A stretch of DNA of 64,000 nucleotides from Tubiluchus corallicola. Taxonomy: Eukaryota > Animalia > Priapulida. Shown piece by piece: positions 40,439 through 53,125 of the stretch (its first letter is position 1; each line of letters begins with the position of its first letter). The translations under genes were made by a program, and so were the position numbers. The notes beneath the pieces are model-generated. The model was not told where the DNA came from, made no database searches, and was given only the letters and a program-made list of their open reading frames with translations. The DNA lies in assembly GCA_030141605.1 (NCBI GenBank), contig JAQGDQ010000851.1, positions 23,359 to 87,358 on the forward strand, given 5' to 3'.

Positions 40439-41171
40439 TACTATATGTGCATGGCTGAATGAGTTGCGTCTGTCTAGTTAGCTACATTGTAGCTTTCTCG
40501 TGTGTGTTTGTCTGTCTGTGCGTCCGTTCATTTGCTTCTTACATTGCATGGCCGAACGACCTGCATTCTGTAGACGTACGGAGGCTGTATCTAGTCAATT
40601 TCAAAACCACCACCCTTGCTACCTCTTTCTATTCGGCTCGAGTTTGTTTTCTGAGCACTTAATTCGCAGATTACAGAAGTGTTTATTATTCATTCAAGAC
40701 GACGTTTCGACTGCATGGGAAATTCCCATATTTTCCGACTGCACCTTGGTAACCTTGGTGCGTACGCTGAATGTTAATCACTCAGGACGGTTTCCTGATT
40801 CTCCCGCCGTTGGAAGGAAGTCGTCATCTTCCCTAAGCAGAGAGACAAAGATGGCGGCTTTGCGGGATTCCCACATGCCTTTTCGTAAGCAATGAGGAAT
40901 GTTTTAAAAGGGGTGATATTTCCGATAATAAAATATTTTAGGTAAATTTGTTTATTTGTTTATTTAATGTATACATTTATTTATTTGTCCAGTCATCCGT
41001 CCTTCATTTTTATTTGTGTTTATTTATATTTCAATAATGCACCCAATCTCAATTTCATACGTTTAGTATTTTGCATAAAACTATTTTGTAAATATTGTAA
41101 ATGTAATTTCTGAACTGTGTGAAATGAAATGTAAAGTTTTATGTACTTATGTAAGTAGTTACAACTTCACT

Positions 41172-41273
41172 TGATATGTATATATGTATTTATATATGTA
41201 TGTATATGTGTGTGTGTGTGTGCGTGCGTGCATGCATGCGTGTTGTGTGTTGCGTGTGTGGTGTGTGTGTGTG

Positions 41274-41333
<60 letters not shown>

Positions 41334-41458
41334 TATGCATATGTGTATATGTGTGTGTGTATGTGCGTGCGTGCGTGTGTGTATATATACATACGTTTGT
41401 ATGTATGTATATGTATATAAATGTATATATTTATTTATATACATATATTTATTTATTT
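41172..41458. repeat. (TA)/(TG) compound microsatellite
   Basis: Direct reading. Confidence 0.95.
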
Positions 41459-42446
41459 AGATGTATAATCATGTGCCAGAAGAAGCAAATATTATTAAAT
41501 GTTTATTGTTGGGTGGTTTGCTGTTGTTGTCGTCATTACCGTCTTCATCGTCATCGCCGTTCTCGCTACCATGTTGTTCTTATTGCCTACTGTGTTGGTG
41601 TTCGCTGCTCACGTCGAAATCCACTTTTTAGACATGCGCAGACGGTCTGTTGCGAAATCTTAAATCCTTTCCGCATGGCCTTCGTTTTCCCAGAAACGTG
41701 CGTGTTTCAGGAACATTAGCTGAATAATAGAGGCCCCTTTGTGACTTAAACGACATTACGTAGCACAAAAAAATTATTAATAAATAAACCAGTAAACAAA
41801 GGACGCCACTTCAAAGGAAGTGAACACGTCGGATTCTTTTAAATTTTCCGCTGTTTCAGCCGTAACCGTCGGGATTTATGTTAAGCAAATTTTTATTGGC
41901 TGAAATGTTTGTATTTTAACCGACATGTTCGTAATGGTTTGCTTTCAAGATCAGAAGAAGTTTAATCCATTCTGTGGAGAATATTAGGAGCGCGTATTAA
42001 ACATATTCACAAGTCCCACTGGGACTGCTTATGCTCGTAGGTCTTCAAAACGTTCGCTTAAAGCTTTGTGCAAAGAGAAGTTTTAATCCTAATGAATTAT
42101 TTAGCATGTCACGTGTTGCATTGTTTTGAGAAATTGCATATTTGTATTGCTAGATATGTAACGAAGGGATTTATCAAATACAATGTAAAGTTACGATAAA
42201 TTTCACGATAGGGCTAATTCATCACAAGTACTGCATTTTCTTTTATATCCTGTCATTATGCAAAGTCACAGAAAAAATACCTAATACATGTGTATATAGA
42301 TTTATGCCAGAGGAAAAACACACATAGCAGTTATATTTCAATGTGAATTTGATTATGTTGTGTGTTTTTTCTAATGTTTTTGTTACTATATTGTGGACTC
42401 GCATCTTATAGATTCGCACACTAGTGGTGTTTTCTATTAATATTTT

Positions 42447-42448
<2 letters not shown>

Positions 42449-42491
<43 letters not shown>

Positions 42492-42513
42492 ACACGCACG
42501 CACATTCACGCAT

Positions 42514-42568
<55 letters not shown>
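42449..42568. repeat. (TA)n(CA)n microsatellite
   Basis: Direct reading. Confidence 0.95.
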
Positions 42569-42570
<2 letters not shown>

Positions 42571-42921
42571 TTTTACATATATAATAGAAATAGAAATAGT
42601 CCAAAAAACGATCCTTGAGGAATACCGGAACATGTGCCAAATAGTGCTTGATGCAGGGTGCTGTCTTAAACTATTTCTTTTGTGCAGAAAAATAAATTTA
42701 TTTATGCAGCAAAATGTTAGCTTTATAATTACAAGTGACTTTACATGGTTTAGTGATAATGATTTTTAAACATTAAGTTTGTCTTAAAGGGGGGAACAAT
42801 TTTGTCTTTAGAATAACAGCTGTGCCGTGAAACGCTGCAAAAAGCGAATGGGAATACCAGCAAGAATGTTTTACGTTTTGATTCTCTGTTTCAGGTTAAG
42901 GTGTGATTGACGTTTAATGTG

Positions 42922-43555
42922 ATGGCCCACACCCATGTTCAAGGTGATTTTGAAGATTTTAAGCCACCAAATGCCCAAGAAATTGATTACTTGAACGATG
43001 TGCTAGAAAACATCGAAATTAATTTTGAAATTGAAAGAAAGAGTTACCATCCTCCTTCTGTAATGGAGGATAATAAGGACAACATACCACGTTTAACGCA
43101 GGACCCAAGTGGGCCATTTGGGCCAAACTGTAATCGGGTCATGATGCCGCCTGCCGGACACCAAAATTTGGAAGGCAAATTCATACCCCATGTCTATGCC
43201 AATGGTTATCATGGCACAGGTTCTGTTATACGAAACTCATATACACCAAGGGTGTATAAGCCACCTATGCCTTCTCCGTGTCTGCCAGTGCCGCCATATC
43301 CGATTGTGAAGGACAGTCACAGCACAAAGGCATACTCGCCACCGCATCAACGGTTTGGATTGTCATCGTCTTTAAATGGCCCATTCTACACGTCAACCAG
43401 TGCCTCGTCGTCAGCCCATGCTCATAGCTGCAGCTCATCGCATATCCACAATTACAGTCCGAGAGATTCTACATATGCGTCGTCAAGCAGCTCATTGTCA
43501 CCTCCGTCGTCAATTCCTCACAAGGTCGAACCAGAGGCAAGCGGTTATGGAGCAG
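42922..43555 (+). CDS. ERR: ERR first coding exon (Ser/Pro-rich N-terminal A/B domain, 211 codons + 1 nt)
   Basis: Acceptor ttctctgtttcag|42895; in-frame TGA at 42904 precedes gtgATGg at 42922; non-repetitive ORF MAHTHVQGDF...HKVEPEASGYGA; donor CAG|gtgagt at 43555/6 in phase 1, matching the phase of the DBD exon. Confidence 0.85.
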
Positions 43556-43557
43556 GT

Positions 43558-43710
43558 GAGTCCTTATGTTGTAATTGGTATGTGTCCTTATGTTGTAATT
43601 AGCATGTATCCTTATACTGTAATTAATATGTGTCCTTATGTTATAATTATTATGTGTCCTTATGATGTAATTAGTATGTGTCCTTATGCTGTAATTAATA
43701 TGTGTCCTTG
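43558..43710. repeat. 24-bp minisatellite (~6 copies) starting at the ERR splice donor
   Basis: Unit GTCCTTATGTTGTAATTAGTATGT. Confidence 0.9.
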
Positions 43711-44630
43711 TGTATGTGCGAACATAAATGCTGAGTTTGTTACCATGAATGCATCTATGTGTAAACATCAGCAACCATTTTGTTTTATGAATGCAACATC
43801 GACGCTGTCTTTGTTTCATGAATGCAAGTACGTGTATGTGCAAAAATGTGCTGACTTTGTTTCATGAATGCAACATCGATATTGTCTTTGTTTCATGAAT
43901 GCAAGTATGTGCATGTGCAAAAATGTGCTGACTTTGTTTCATGAATGCACCATCGATATTGTCTTTGTTTCATGAGTGCAAGTACGTGTATGTGCGAACA
44001 TAAATGCTGACTTTGTTACCATGAATGCATCTATGTGTAAACATCAGCAACCATTTTGTTTCATGAATGCAACATCGACGCTGTCTTTGTTTCATGAATG
44101 CAAGTATGTGTATGTGCAAGAACGTACTGACTTTGTTTCATGAATGCAACATCGACATTGTCTTTGTTTCATGAATGCAAGTATGTGCATGTGCAAAAAT
44201 GTGCTGACTTTGTTTCATGAATGCAACATCAATATTGTCTTTGTTTCATGAATGCAAGTACGTGTATGTGCAAAAATGTGCTGACTTTGTCTCATGTATG
44301 CAACATCGACGCTGTCTTTGTTTCATGAATGCAAGTACGTGTATGTGCGAACATAAATGCTGACTTTGTTACCATGAATGCATCTATGTGTAAACATCAG
44401 CAACCATTTTGTCTCATGAATGCAACATCGACGCTGTCTTTGTTTCATGAATGCAAGTACGTGTATGTGCGAACATAAATGCTGACTTTGTTACCATGAA
44501 TGCATCTATGTGTAAACATCAGCAACCATTTTGTTTCATGAATGCAACATCGACGCTGTCTTTGTTTCATGAATGCAAGTACGTGTATGTGCAAAAACGT
44601 GCTGACTTTGTTTCATGAATGCAACCATGT
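43710..44630. repeat. Composite tandem repeat built on CTTTGTTTCATGAATGCAA submotifs
   Basis: Alternating short and long modules with GTATGTGCAAAAATGTGCTGA / CATCGACGCTGT / CTATGTGTAAACATCAGCAACC spacers. Confidence 0.92.
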
Positions 44631-45351
44631 GTAGACATCAGCGCTAGCTTTGTCTCACAAATACATCTTTGTCTCACATTTACTTAGCGTTGTTTTATAA
44701 ACGGAACAATATGCGGACTTGTCTCGTGAATGCCCACCATTGAAAAGCTAGCATAGGAAGCCATTACACTTAAACTAAACTTTATGCAGCATAACCAACG
44801 TGAATTTGCTCCACCAACATCCTGAACATAAAACCGACTTTAATTGTATCACTCTATTCAAGCATTGGCAGTTAATGTCAAACTATTCTCAATTAATACT
44901 TTAATGCGATTAAAGTCATCATGTATGACTCATAAAATCGTTCTGCAGCTTCCCGGGGGTGAGTCAAAAGCCAATGGAGGAAACGACAATAATTCGAAAT
45001 CGTTTGGACACCAAGTTACTGCTTGAATTGATAAGCCTTTTCACAGTTTCGTTGTGTACACACGCAAACGCGTCTTAACTGCAATTGTCACGTGATACGT
45101 GGGTGTGGCAAAGCCGTCTGTTGCATCAGTTCAGTAACGTCAGCGGTTTATATGGACTCTATTTAATGCTTTAGTCTGTGCGTAGAGTGATTTTCTAGTA
45201 CTGTCTGGTACACTTAACCTTTGACCTTTTCACAATCATCATCAATCGCTGGAACTGTGAAAACGCTTATTAAGGTGAAGCCATTTGATTAAATTCTTGT
45301 ATTCTGGAATGACTGAGCAATTTTACTAGTACACTGCGTTGTGTAATTTAA

Positions 45352-45534
<183 letters not shown>

Positions 45535-45729
45535 TAGAGATCTAGACCACATTCCTCTGCAGGGAGGTTTTGATGCTGGCTTTAGGAAGAGAGAGTGACG
45601 ATTATCGTTGAAATGTTAATGCTTTAATAGTGTTACTTATTTAATATTCACAAAAACGTATTTAATGAGCTTATTTTGAACATTTTGTGGTGATGTAGGA
45701 CTACCTTAAACTTTTAGGAAGTTATCTTG

Positions 45730-46308
45730 GCCTTACTTTGCCTTTTTTGGAAGTCATATTTGATGAAGACTTTCCTTTGCCTTTTTTGGAAGTCATATTT
45801 GATGAAGACCTTCCTTTGCCTTTTTTGGAAGTCATATTTGATGAAGACCTTCCTTTGCCTTTTTTGGAAGTCATATTTGATGAAGGCCTTCTTTTGCCTT
45901 TTTTGGAAGTCATATTTGATGAAGACTTTCCTTTGCCTTTTTTTTGGAAGTCATATTTGATGAAGGCCTTCCTTTGCCTTTTTTGGAAGTCATATTTGAT
46001 GAAGACCTTCCTTTGCCTTTTTTGGAAGTCATGTTTGATGAAGACTTTCCTTTGCCTTTTTTGGAAGTCATATTTGATGAAGACCTTCCTTTGCCTTTTT
46101 TGGAAGTCATATTTGATGAAGACCTTCCTTTGCCTTTTTTGGAAGTCATATTTGATGAAGACTTTCCTTTGCCTTTTTTGGAAGTCATATTTGATGAAGA
46201 CATTCCTTTGCCTTTTTTTGGAAGTCATATTTGATGAAGACCTTCCTTTGCCTTTTTTGGAAGTCATATTTGATGAAGACCTTCCTTTGCCTTTTTTGGA
46301 AGTCATAT
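45730..46308. repeat. 39-bp minisatellite (~15 copies)
   Basis: Unit TTCCTTTGCCTTTTTTGGAAGTCATATTTGATGAAGACC. Confidence 0.95.
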
Positions 46309-46317
46309 TACATAAGG

Positions 46318-47022
46318 ACCTTCAGAAAAATCACCTTAAAAATTGTACTACTTTACAGCAATTTCATGTGTATATCGTACTCGCGTTGAAAGGAATTTTT
46401 GTTTGTTTTCATTTTAAATTTCCCGCAATACTGTTAGGACTGCGCCATTACATGACGTCATATACGCACAACGTAATCAGGGGAAGAAAATGAAATGTTA
46501 AACTATGTCTCAAAAAAAACTTTCCATGCAAAATTATATCAATTTGCATTTCGCTTACTTGCTTGAAAGACTTATGCAACTAGAAAAGAAATTTATTAAT
46601 TATTTAAAATGTTTTCATCAATTGGGAAAATCTCGCTGACTCACCCTCCAGGGTGCACCACTCACTAATCGAAAACGTATTTTTAATCTCATTGACCAGA
46701 TACAGTAATTTAAAATTTTAGTTAGTTAGTAACGTGTGTGCTACAAATGCTCTGATTATTGACTAGGAAAGACTTATGTAACTAGGAAAGAAAATTATAA
46801 TTTTTTTCAAACTTTACTCACTGGTTAACTTGTTTCAAATGACTTATCGTCAAAATGGCTGCGTCTAACGGTCATCGAGGGAGTTTAAATTCACAAGTTT
46901 TGTACACCGTTACTGTTCATGCAAGCCCTGCATGCAAAAAGCGAGTATGTAAGCGGTATAAGATTTCAAGACGAATTTTTTAAACATTTATGTAAGTGGA
47001 GGATTTTCTTGTGTTGTGCTTT
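46318..47022 (+). mobile_element. MITE family A lacking its left terminus
   Basis: Colinear with 23290-23911. Confidence 0.85.
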
Positions 47023-47274
47023 GAATAATAAATCCAAAAATAGCAGCACTTGCTGTGATGTATTATGAAAACATGTGCTGCCCCCACTTGTTAAGAAAAA
47101 GGAACGTTAATGGTCCGTACCCATTTAAGTTAAAAAGCAAACCAATTTTTGCAAATGTTCAGTTTAAAAGGAAAAGACAAGTCGACTGACATGTTGGGTT
47201 TATTTTACTGCTATTACTTAAGGGGGAAGAAAAGCCGATCTTAAAGTATTTGGACTTCCCACACAACGTGTTTC

Positions 47275-48222
47275 ATACAGCGTTACTGCCGACGCAAGTA
47301 TGCAAAAACGCAGTGTGTAGGTGGTAAATTTCAAGACGAGTTTTTAAGCTTTATGTAAGTGGAGGGTTTTCTTGTGCTTTAAGAATCATGGAGGGTTTTC
47401 TTGTGGTTCAAGAATCATGGAGGGTTTTCTTGTGGTTCAAGAATCATGGAGTGTTTTCTTGTGGTTCAAGAATCATGGAGTGTTTTCTTGTGGTTCAAGA
47501 GTCATGGAGGGTTTTCTTGTGGTTCAAGAATCATGGAGTGTTTTCTTGTGGTTCAAGAATCATGGAGGGTTTTCTTGAGGTTCAAGAATCATGGAGTGTT
47601 TTCTTGTGGTTCAAGAGTCATGGAGGGTTTTCTTGTGGTTCAAGAATCATGGAGTGTTTTCTTGTGGTTCAAGAGTCATGGAGGGTTTTCTTGTGGTTCA
47701 AGAATCATGGAGTGTTTTCTTGTGGTTCAAGAATCATGGAGGGTTTTCTTGTGGTTCAAGAGTCATGGAGGGTTTTCTTGTGGTTCAAGAATCATGGAGT
47801 GTTTTCTTGTGGTTCAAGAATCATGGAGGGTTTTCTTGTGGTTCAAGAATCATGGAGGGTTTTCTTGTAGTTCAAGAATCATGGAGGGTTTTCTTGTGGT
47901 TCAAGAATCATGGAGTGTTTTCTTGTGGTTCAAGAATCATGGAGGGTTTTCTTGTGGTTCAAGAGTCATGGAGGGTTTTCTTGTGGTTCAAGAATCATGG
48001 AGGGTTTTCTTGTGGTTCAAGAATCATGGAGTGTTTTCTTGTGGTTCAAGAATCATGGAGGGTTTTCTTGTGGTTCAAGAGTCATGGAGGGTTTTCTTGT
48101 GGTTCAAGAATCATGGAGGGTTTTCTTGTGGTTCAAGAATCATGGAGGGTTTTCTTGTGGTTCAAGAATCATGGAGGGTTTTCTTGTGCTTTAAGAATCA
48201 TGGAAGGTTTTCTTGTACTTTA
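47275..48222 (+). repeat. MITE A 3' fragment followed by 29-bp array (~30 copies)
   Basis: Unit TGGAGGGTTTTCTTGTGGTTCAAGAATCA; first unit is the MITE terminus GGAGGGTTTTCTTGTGCTTTAA. Confidence 0.95.
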
Positions 48223-49442
48223 GAGCAATAGAAAAAGGAGCCAAGGTGACATTGGGTATTGAACCTGCATAAGAGCAACGTTCTGGCGTTTGTCACAATG
48301 GTGGACTGTTGCAAGAAGGCCTAGAATAAGAATGAATGTTTGCGTAATTCTCTATCTGTCTTTTTTAATTTTACTATCGCTATAGATAGATAGATAGATA
48401 GATATTTTATTTCTGAAAATCAAATTTCCAACACGAAAATTACAAACTCGACGCATACCCGATGGTTTTATCAGCGGGCAGAGCTCGGGTAATGATTTCC
48501 AGATCATACTAACAATTTGACTCAACATAGTTGCACAAGGTATATACACAGATATACAAATTTAGTTGTAAACTCTATGAAGCGAAAAAACTATTTACTA
48601 AGCATTTGTACACATGTGATAAACAAATATTTTGCCTATATGATAATAACAGTGATGCGGTTATATGTCCGCTAACAAAGCTATACTATTTAATTCAAAA
48701 ATCTATGCATACAGTCGTAAATGAAATTTCCAATTGACATTAATTCTCCCTCAAATAAATTTGCAATATTATTATAATTTAACACGCACAGTGATCTATA
48801 AAGTGCATTTTCATGGCACTCGCACAAAAAATGAACACTAACGTCTCTATTTCCGTTTTCTGATTTCCATTTTAACAACTGTGCTGTTGCTAGCTTGCCT
48901 GGCGCGTATTGTGAAGGATATTAATTTTTTCTCCTTCAAAAAAGCTGCATAGACTACCTGCGAGGTGTGTTGTGTGTGTGATGAAGTATTTAACACCTGT
49001 ACCGGAGGTGCTAAATCATCCATCAATTATATTTTTACCTGTCTCATTTTTCCTCGCTTCCCTAAATTAGCATGTAGAGGCGTGAATAAAAATTTACAGT
49101 GAAAAATGGTTGATAATCCAGGGCGTGAATACGTTACTTCACACCTTTCATAATTTCTTGGACAAAGAGAGCGGATTAAAATGCAAAAGAGACGGTCGTG
49201 TTGAAAGAGAACTCTCGCCGGGGATGGGCAGGTAGGTAGGCAGGTATGATCAATTTTCAGCCAGGTGTGTCTATGTCATTTTAATTGAATCCTATTTTAT
49301 AATTGCTTTGAATTTGCATTGATGAGTTTATATCGTGTATACGCTGGTCATTTCTCATTGATTGTGATGGGTACTGGGTCCCTATTCTTATAAAAAATGT
49401 GTCAGTTTTGGCTAATTGACTGGTGCTAACATTCGCTTTTAA

Positions 49443-49993
49443 AGGAAAAGTCAACCCTTCTTTTAGGTTAGGCTTATTTCAATGTTCGCAAAAAATGTTA
49501 GAAGGATTTAGTAATAAAACTGCAATACGCTCCTCGTGTAATTAGTAAAATCACTTTAAAGTCGCGTCCACTTCATGCTTGGACTCTTCCATTTTCAATA
49601 CCCATTCTTCTTCCAATGACGTCATTCGTTCTTCTTCCAATGACGTCATTCGTCTTGAAGAAAAGTAGCACGCTATCAATCCTCGTCAAAAATGTGGTAA
49701 CTTTTTACAAAAACTTGTAATATTTTTGCATGAACTTTAGGTAAGCTGCAGAAGTTTGAATAAGTAGCGCGCGCTTACCGAAAAGCCACGATGCGTTTAC
49801 GAAAACTCACGAAGTCTCTCAATTACGTCACGATTCTCAAGTGAATGCCAGTGACCACCGTGCCTGAAAATTTCCATACAGAGGTAGATTTATGCTTTGC
49901 AGACAGTTCTTTGCAAATTTCTTTGTTGTATATTTCAAGTATAAGTGATAACAGTAAAATAAACCCAACATACTGAGTGACTTGTTCTTTCCT
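49443..49993 (+). mobile_element. MITE family C
   Basis: ttaa|AGGAAAAGTCAACCC ... TTCTTTCCT|ttaa; colinear with the 17188 copy. Confidence 0.82.
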
Positions 49994-50369
49994 TTAAGTA
50001 AGTAAGCAAACAAACAAGCAAGCAATTTATTGTCATTGTATCATAATATCATAATACGTATAGTGAAGTTTGTGAGGTTTTGCGTCCTACAACAAATAAA
50101 TTCAGTCAGTTGTCTCATCAATACTGACAAACCATGTACAGTGAATACTGAGAATATTGCAAATTTACTGAAAAATGTATTATTCAACATTATTATTAAT
50201 AGTGCAGTCTGTAACAGGACAGAACGAAATCTTCGGCCAGGGGGGGGGGGCATTTCAAAAAGTCTATTACCTGGATCAGATTCGTCTAATCATATTTTAT
50301 GTTTAAAACAGATAATATGAACTCGATTAAACATTTTCAGCCAAAATCTGCGTAAAAGATTAGACGAGA

Positions 50370-51748
50370 ATGATTCTTAAAGCACAAGAAAACACTCCAT
50401 GATTCTTAAAGCACAAGAAAACACTCCATGATTCTTGAACCACAAGAAAACCCTCCATGATTCTTGAACCACAAGAAAACCCTGCATGATTCTTGAACCA
50501 CAAGAAGACCCTCCATGATTCTTAAAGCACAAGAAAACACTCCATGATTCTTAAAGCACAAGAAAACACTCCATGATTCTAGAACCACAAGAAAACCCTC
50601 CATGATTCTTGAACCACAAGAAAACCCTCCATGATTCTTGAACCACAAGAAGACCCTCCATGATTCTTAAAGCACAAGAAAACACTCCATGATTCTTGAA
50701 CCACAAGAAAACCCTCCATGATTCTTGAACCACAAGAAAACCCTGCATGATTCTTGAACCACAAGAAGACCCTCCATGATTCTTAAAGCACAAGAAAACA
50801 CTCCATGATTCTTAAAGCACAAGAAAACACTCCATGATTCTTGAACCACAAGAAAACCCTCCATGATTCTTGAACCACAAGAAAACCCTCCATGATTCTT
50901 GAACCACAAGAAGACCCTCCATGATTCTTAAAGCACAAGAAAACACTCCATGATTCTTGAACCACAAGAAAACCCTCCATGATTCTTGAACCACAAGAAA
51001 ACCCTCCATGATTCTTGAACCACAAGAAAACCCTCCATGATTCTTGAACCACAAGAAAACACTCCATGATTCTTAAAGCACAAGAAAACACTCCATGATT
51101 CTTGAACCACAAGAAAACCCTGCATGATTCTTGAACTACAAGAAAACCCTCCATGATTCTTGAACCACAAGGAAACCCTCCATGATTCTTGAACCACAAG
51201 AAAACACTCCATGATTCTTGAACCACAAGAAAACCCTCCATGATTCTTAAAGCACAAGAAAACCCTCCATGATTCTTAAAGCACAAGAAAACCCTCCATG
51301 ATTCTTAAAGCACAAGAAAACCCTCCATGATTCTTGAACCACAAGAAAGCCCTGCATGATTCTTAAAGTACAAGAAAACCCTCCATGATTCTTGAACCAC
51401 AAGAAAACACTCCATGATTCTTGAACCACAAGAAAACCCTCCATGATTCTTGAACCACAAGAAAACACTCCATGATTCTTGAACCACAAGAAAACACTCC
51501 ATGATTCTTGAACCACAAGAAAACACTCCATGATTCTTGAACTACAAGAAAACGCTCCATGATTCTTGAACCACAAGAAAACCCTCCATGATTCTTGAAC
51601 CACAAGAAAACACTCCATGATTCTTGAACCACAAGAAAATCCTCAATGATTCTTGAACCACAAGAAAACACTCCATGATTCTTGAACCACAAGAAAATCC
51701 TCAATGATTCTTGAACCACAAGAAAACACTCCATGATTCTTGAACCTC
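50370..51748 (-). repeat. 29-bp array (~47 copies), inverted relative to 47360-48222
   Basis: Unit TGATTCTTGAACCACAAGAAAACCCTCCA. Confidence 0.96.
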
Positions 51749-51749
51749 A

Positions 51750-52060
51750 ATTAATAATTTTCTTTTCTAGTTGCATTAGTTTTTCAAGCAGGTAAGCGAA
51801 ATGCAAAGTAATATAATTTTGCATGGAAAGTTTTTTTGAGACATAGTTTAACATTTCATTTTCTTCCCCTGATTTACGTTGTGCGTATATGACGTCATGT
51901 AATGGCGCCCTCTGAACAGTATTGTGGGAGATTTAAAATGAAAACAAACAAAAATTCCTTTCAACACGAGTACGATATAGGCTTAAAATTGCTATAAAGT
52001 AATATAATTTTTTAAGGCGATGTTTCTGAAACCTACTTCAGGTGCCCCTTTTCTTGTCCT
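51750..52060 (-). mobile_element. MITE family A 5' half
   Basis: Ends CCCCTTTTCTTGTCCT|ttaa. Confidence 0.87.
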
Positions 52061-52784
52061 TTAATGACAAAACTAGCCACTTTAAATGAAAAGAAAACGC
52101 TTTAATCTTTTCCTTTTCCTTTCTTTCTTTTATCGGCATTTTTTTATGAATTGTTCAAAGTATCTGCAGATAATGTTAATTACAACGCCCCCTGTAAGAT
52201 GGCTTTTAATAATTAATTAATTGGCCGAAAATTAATTTAAAAAAAACGCTTTGATTATATTCGAATGCGTTTGGCTGCATCGTTTTACTGTGTACGATTG
52301 TTTCTCGTGAGCGTTTAACGAGACCGCTAATTTATTAATTACTTAAATTAATTAGATTTAATTGCCGTCGTTGGTGGCATGTGCTAAACGATGATTGATC
52401 ATTTTGCGCCTCTCATGGCATATGGTGTTTTTTGGAGTTAATCATATTGGCCTGGCCTATCGTACTGTTGTATTAAATTCTCTATTGCACCTCGTCTTCT
52501 ACGCACAAATTCTATGTGAAATTGTAATTTTTCTATGTTTATAAAAATAAAATCTCACGGGGACTTATTAATAAAAGAAAGTTTATCTATGTACCCTAAT
52601 AAGCCTTCTCTTAATGTACAAAGCAGTTCAATTCCATTAACTTTATTTTCAAACACTTCGCTATTTGTTAATATATCAATTTCTTTACTGGTCTGTTTAT
52701 TCATTACCTGTTTGGCTTCTGTTAATTACCTAATCTGTGCATAACAGGCTCTGCCTATGTAAACTGATTGTATGTTTGATTGTA

Positions 52785-52870
52785 TGATTGTACTGATGAT
52801 GACAGCAGCAGCTAGTCGAAACGGTTGGCATGATTTTAACCTTTTACGTTTTTTATTTAATAAAGTTGTG
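52785..52870 (+). ncRNA. Penelope-type minimal hammerhead ribozyme-like remnant
   Basis: CTGATGA-T-GAC[loop]GTC-GAAAC-GGTT followed by TTTTACGTTTT...AATAAAGTTG; related, more decayed copy on the minus strand at 32045-32127. Confidence 0.45.
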
Positions 52871-53125
52871 TTTTTTTTAACTATAAATGTCTTTATGTGC
52901 CTGTAATAAAAATTGGCGTAAAATTAAAGCTATATCAGATCGCCATTCTATTCAACACTATTTGAGGTTCTTCTCGGAAATGTCGGTATGTCAGTGCTTC
53001 ACTTGGGTTGGACTTCATACCTTCAAATGAGGCAGAATCAGTTAAAAACATACCTGACAATCTGGCACCTGCGTAGTGATTGACGTGTGCAGGGATGTCC
53101 CCATAAGATCTGCACTAATATAAAG

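Noticed and set aside
43556-43602. C-terminal ESLCCNWYVSLCCN of the 231-aa ORF
   Set aside because: Read-through past the splice donor into an intronic minisatellite
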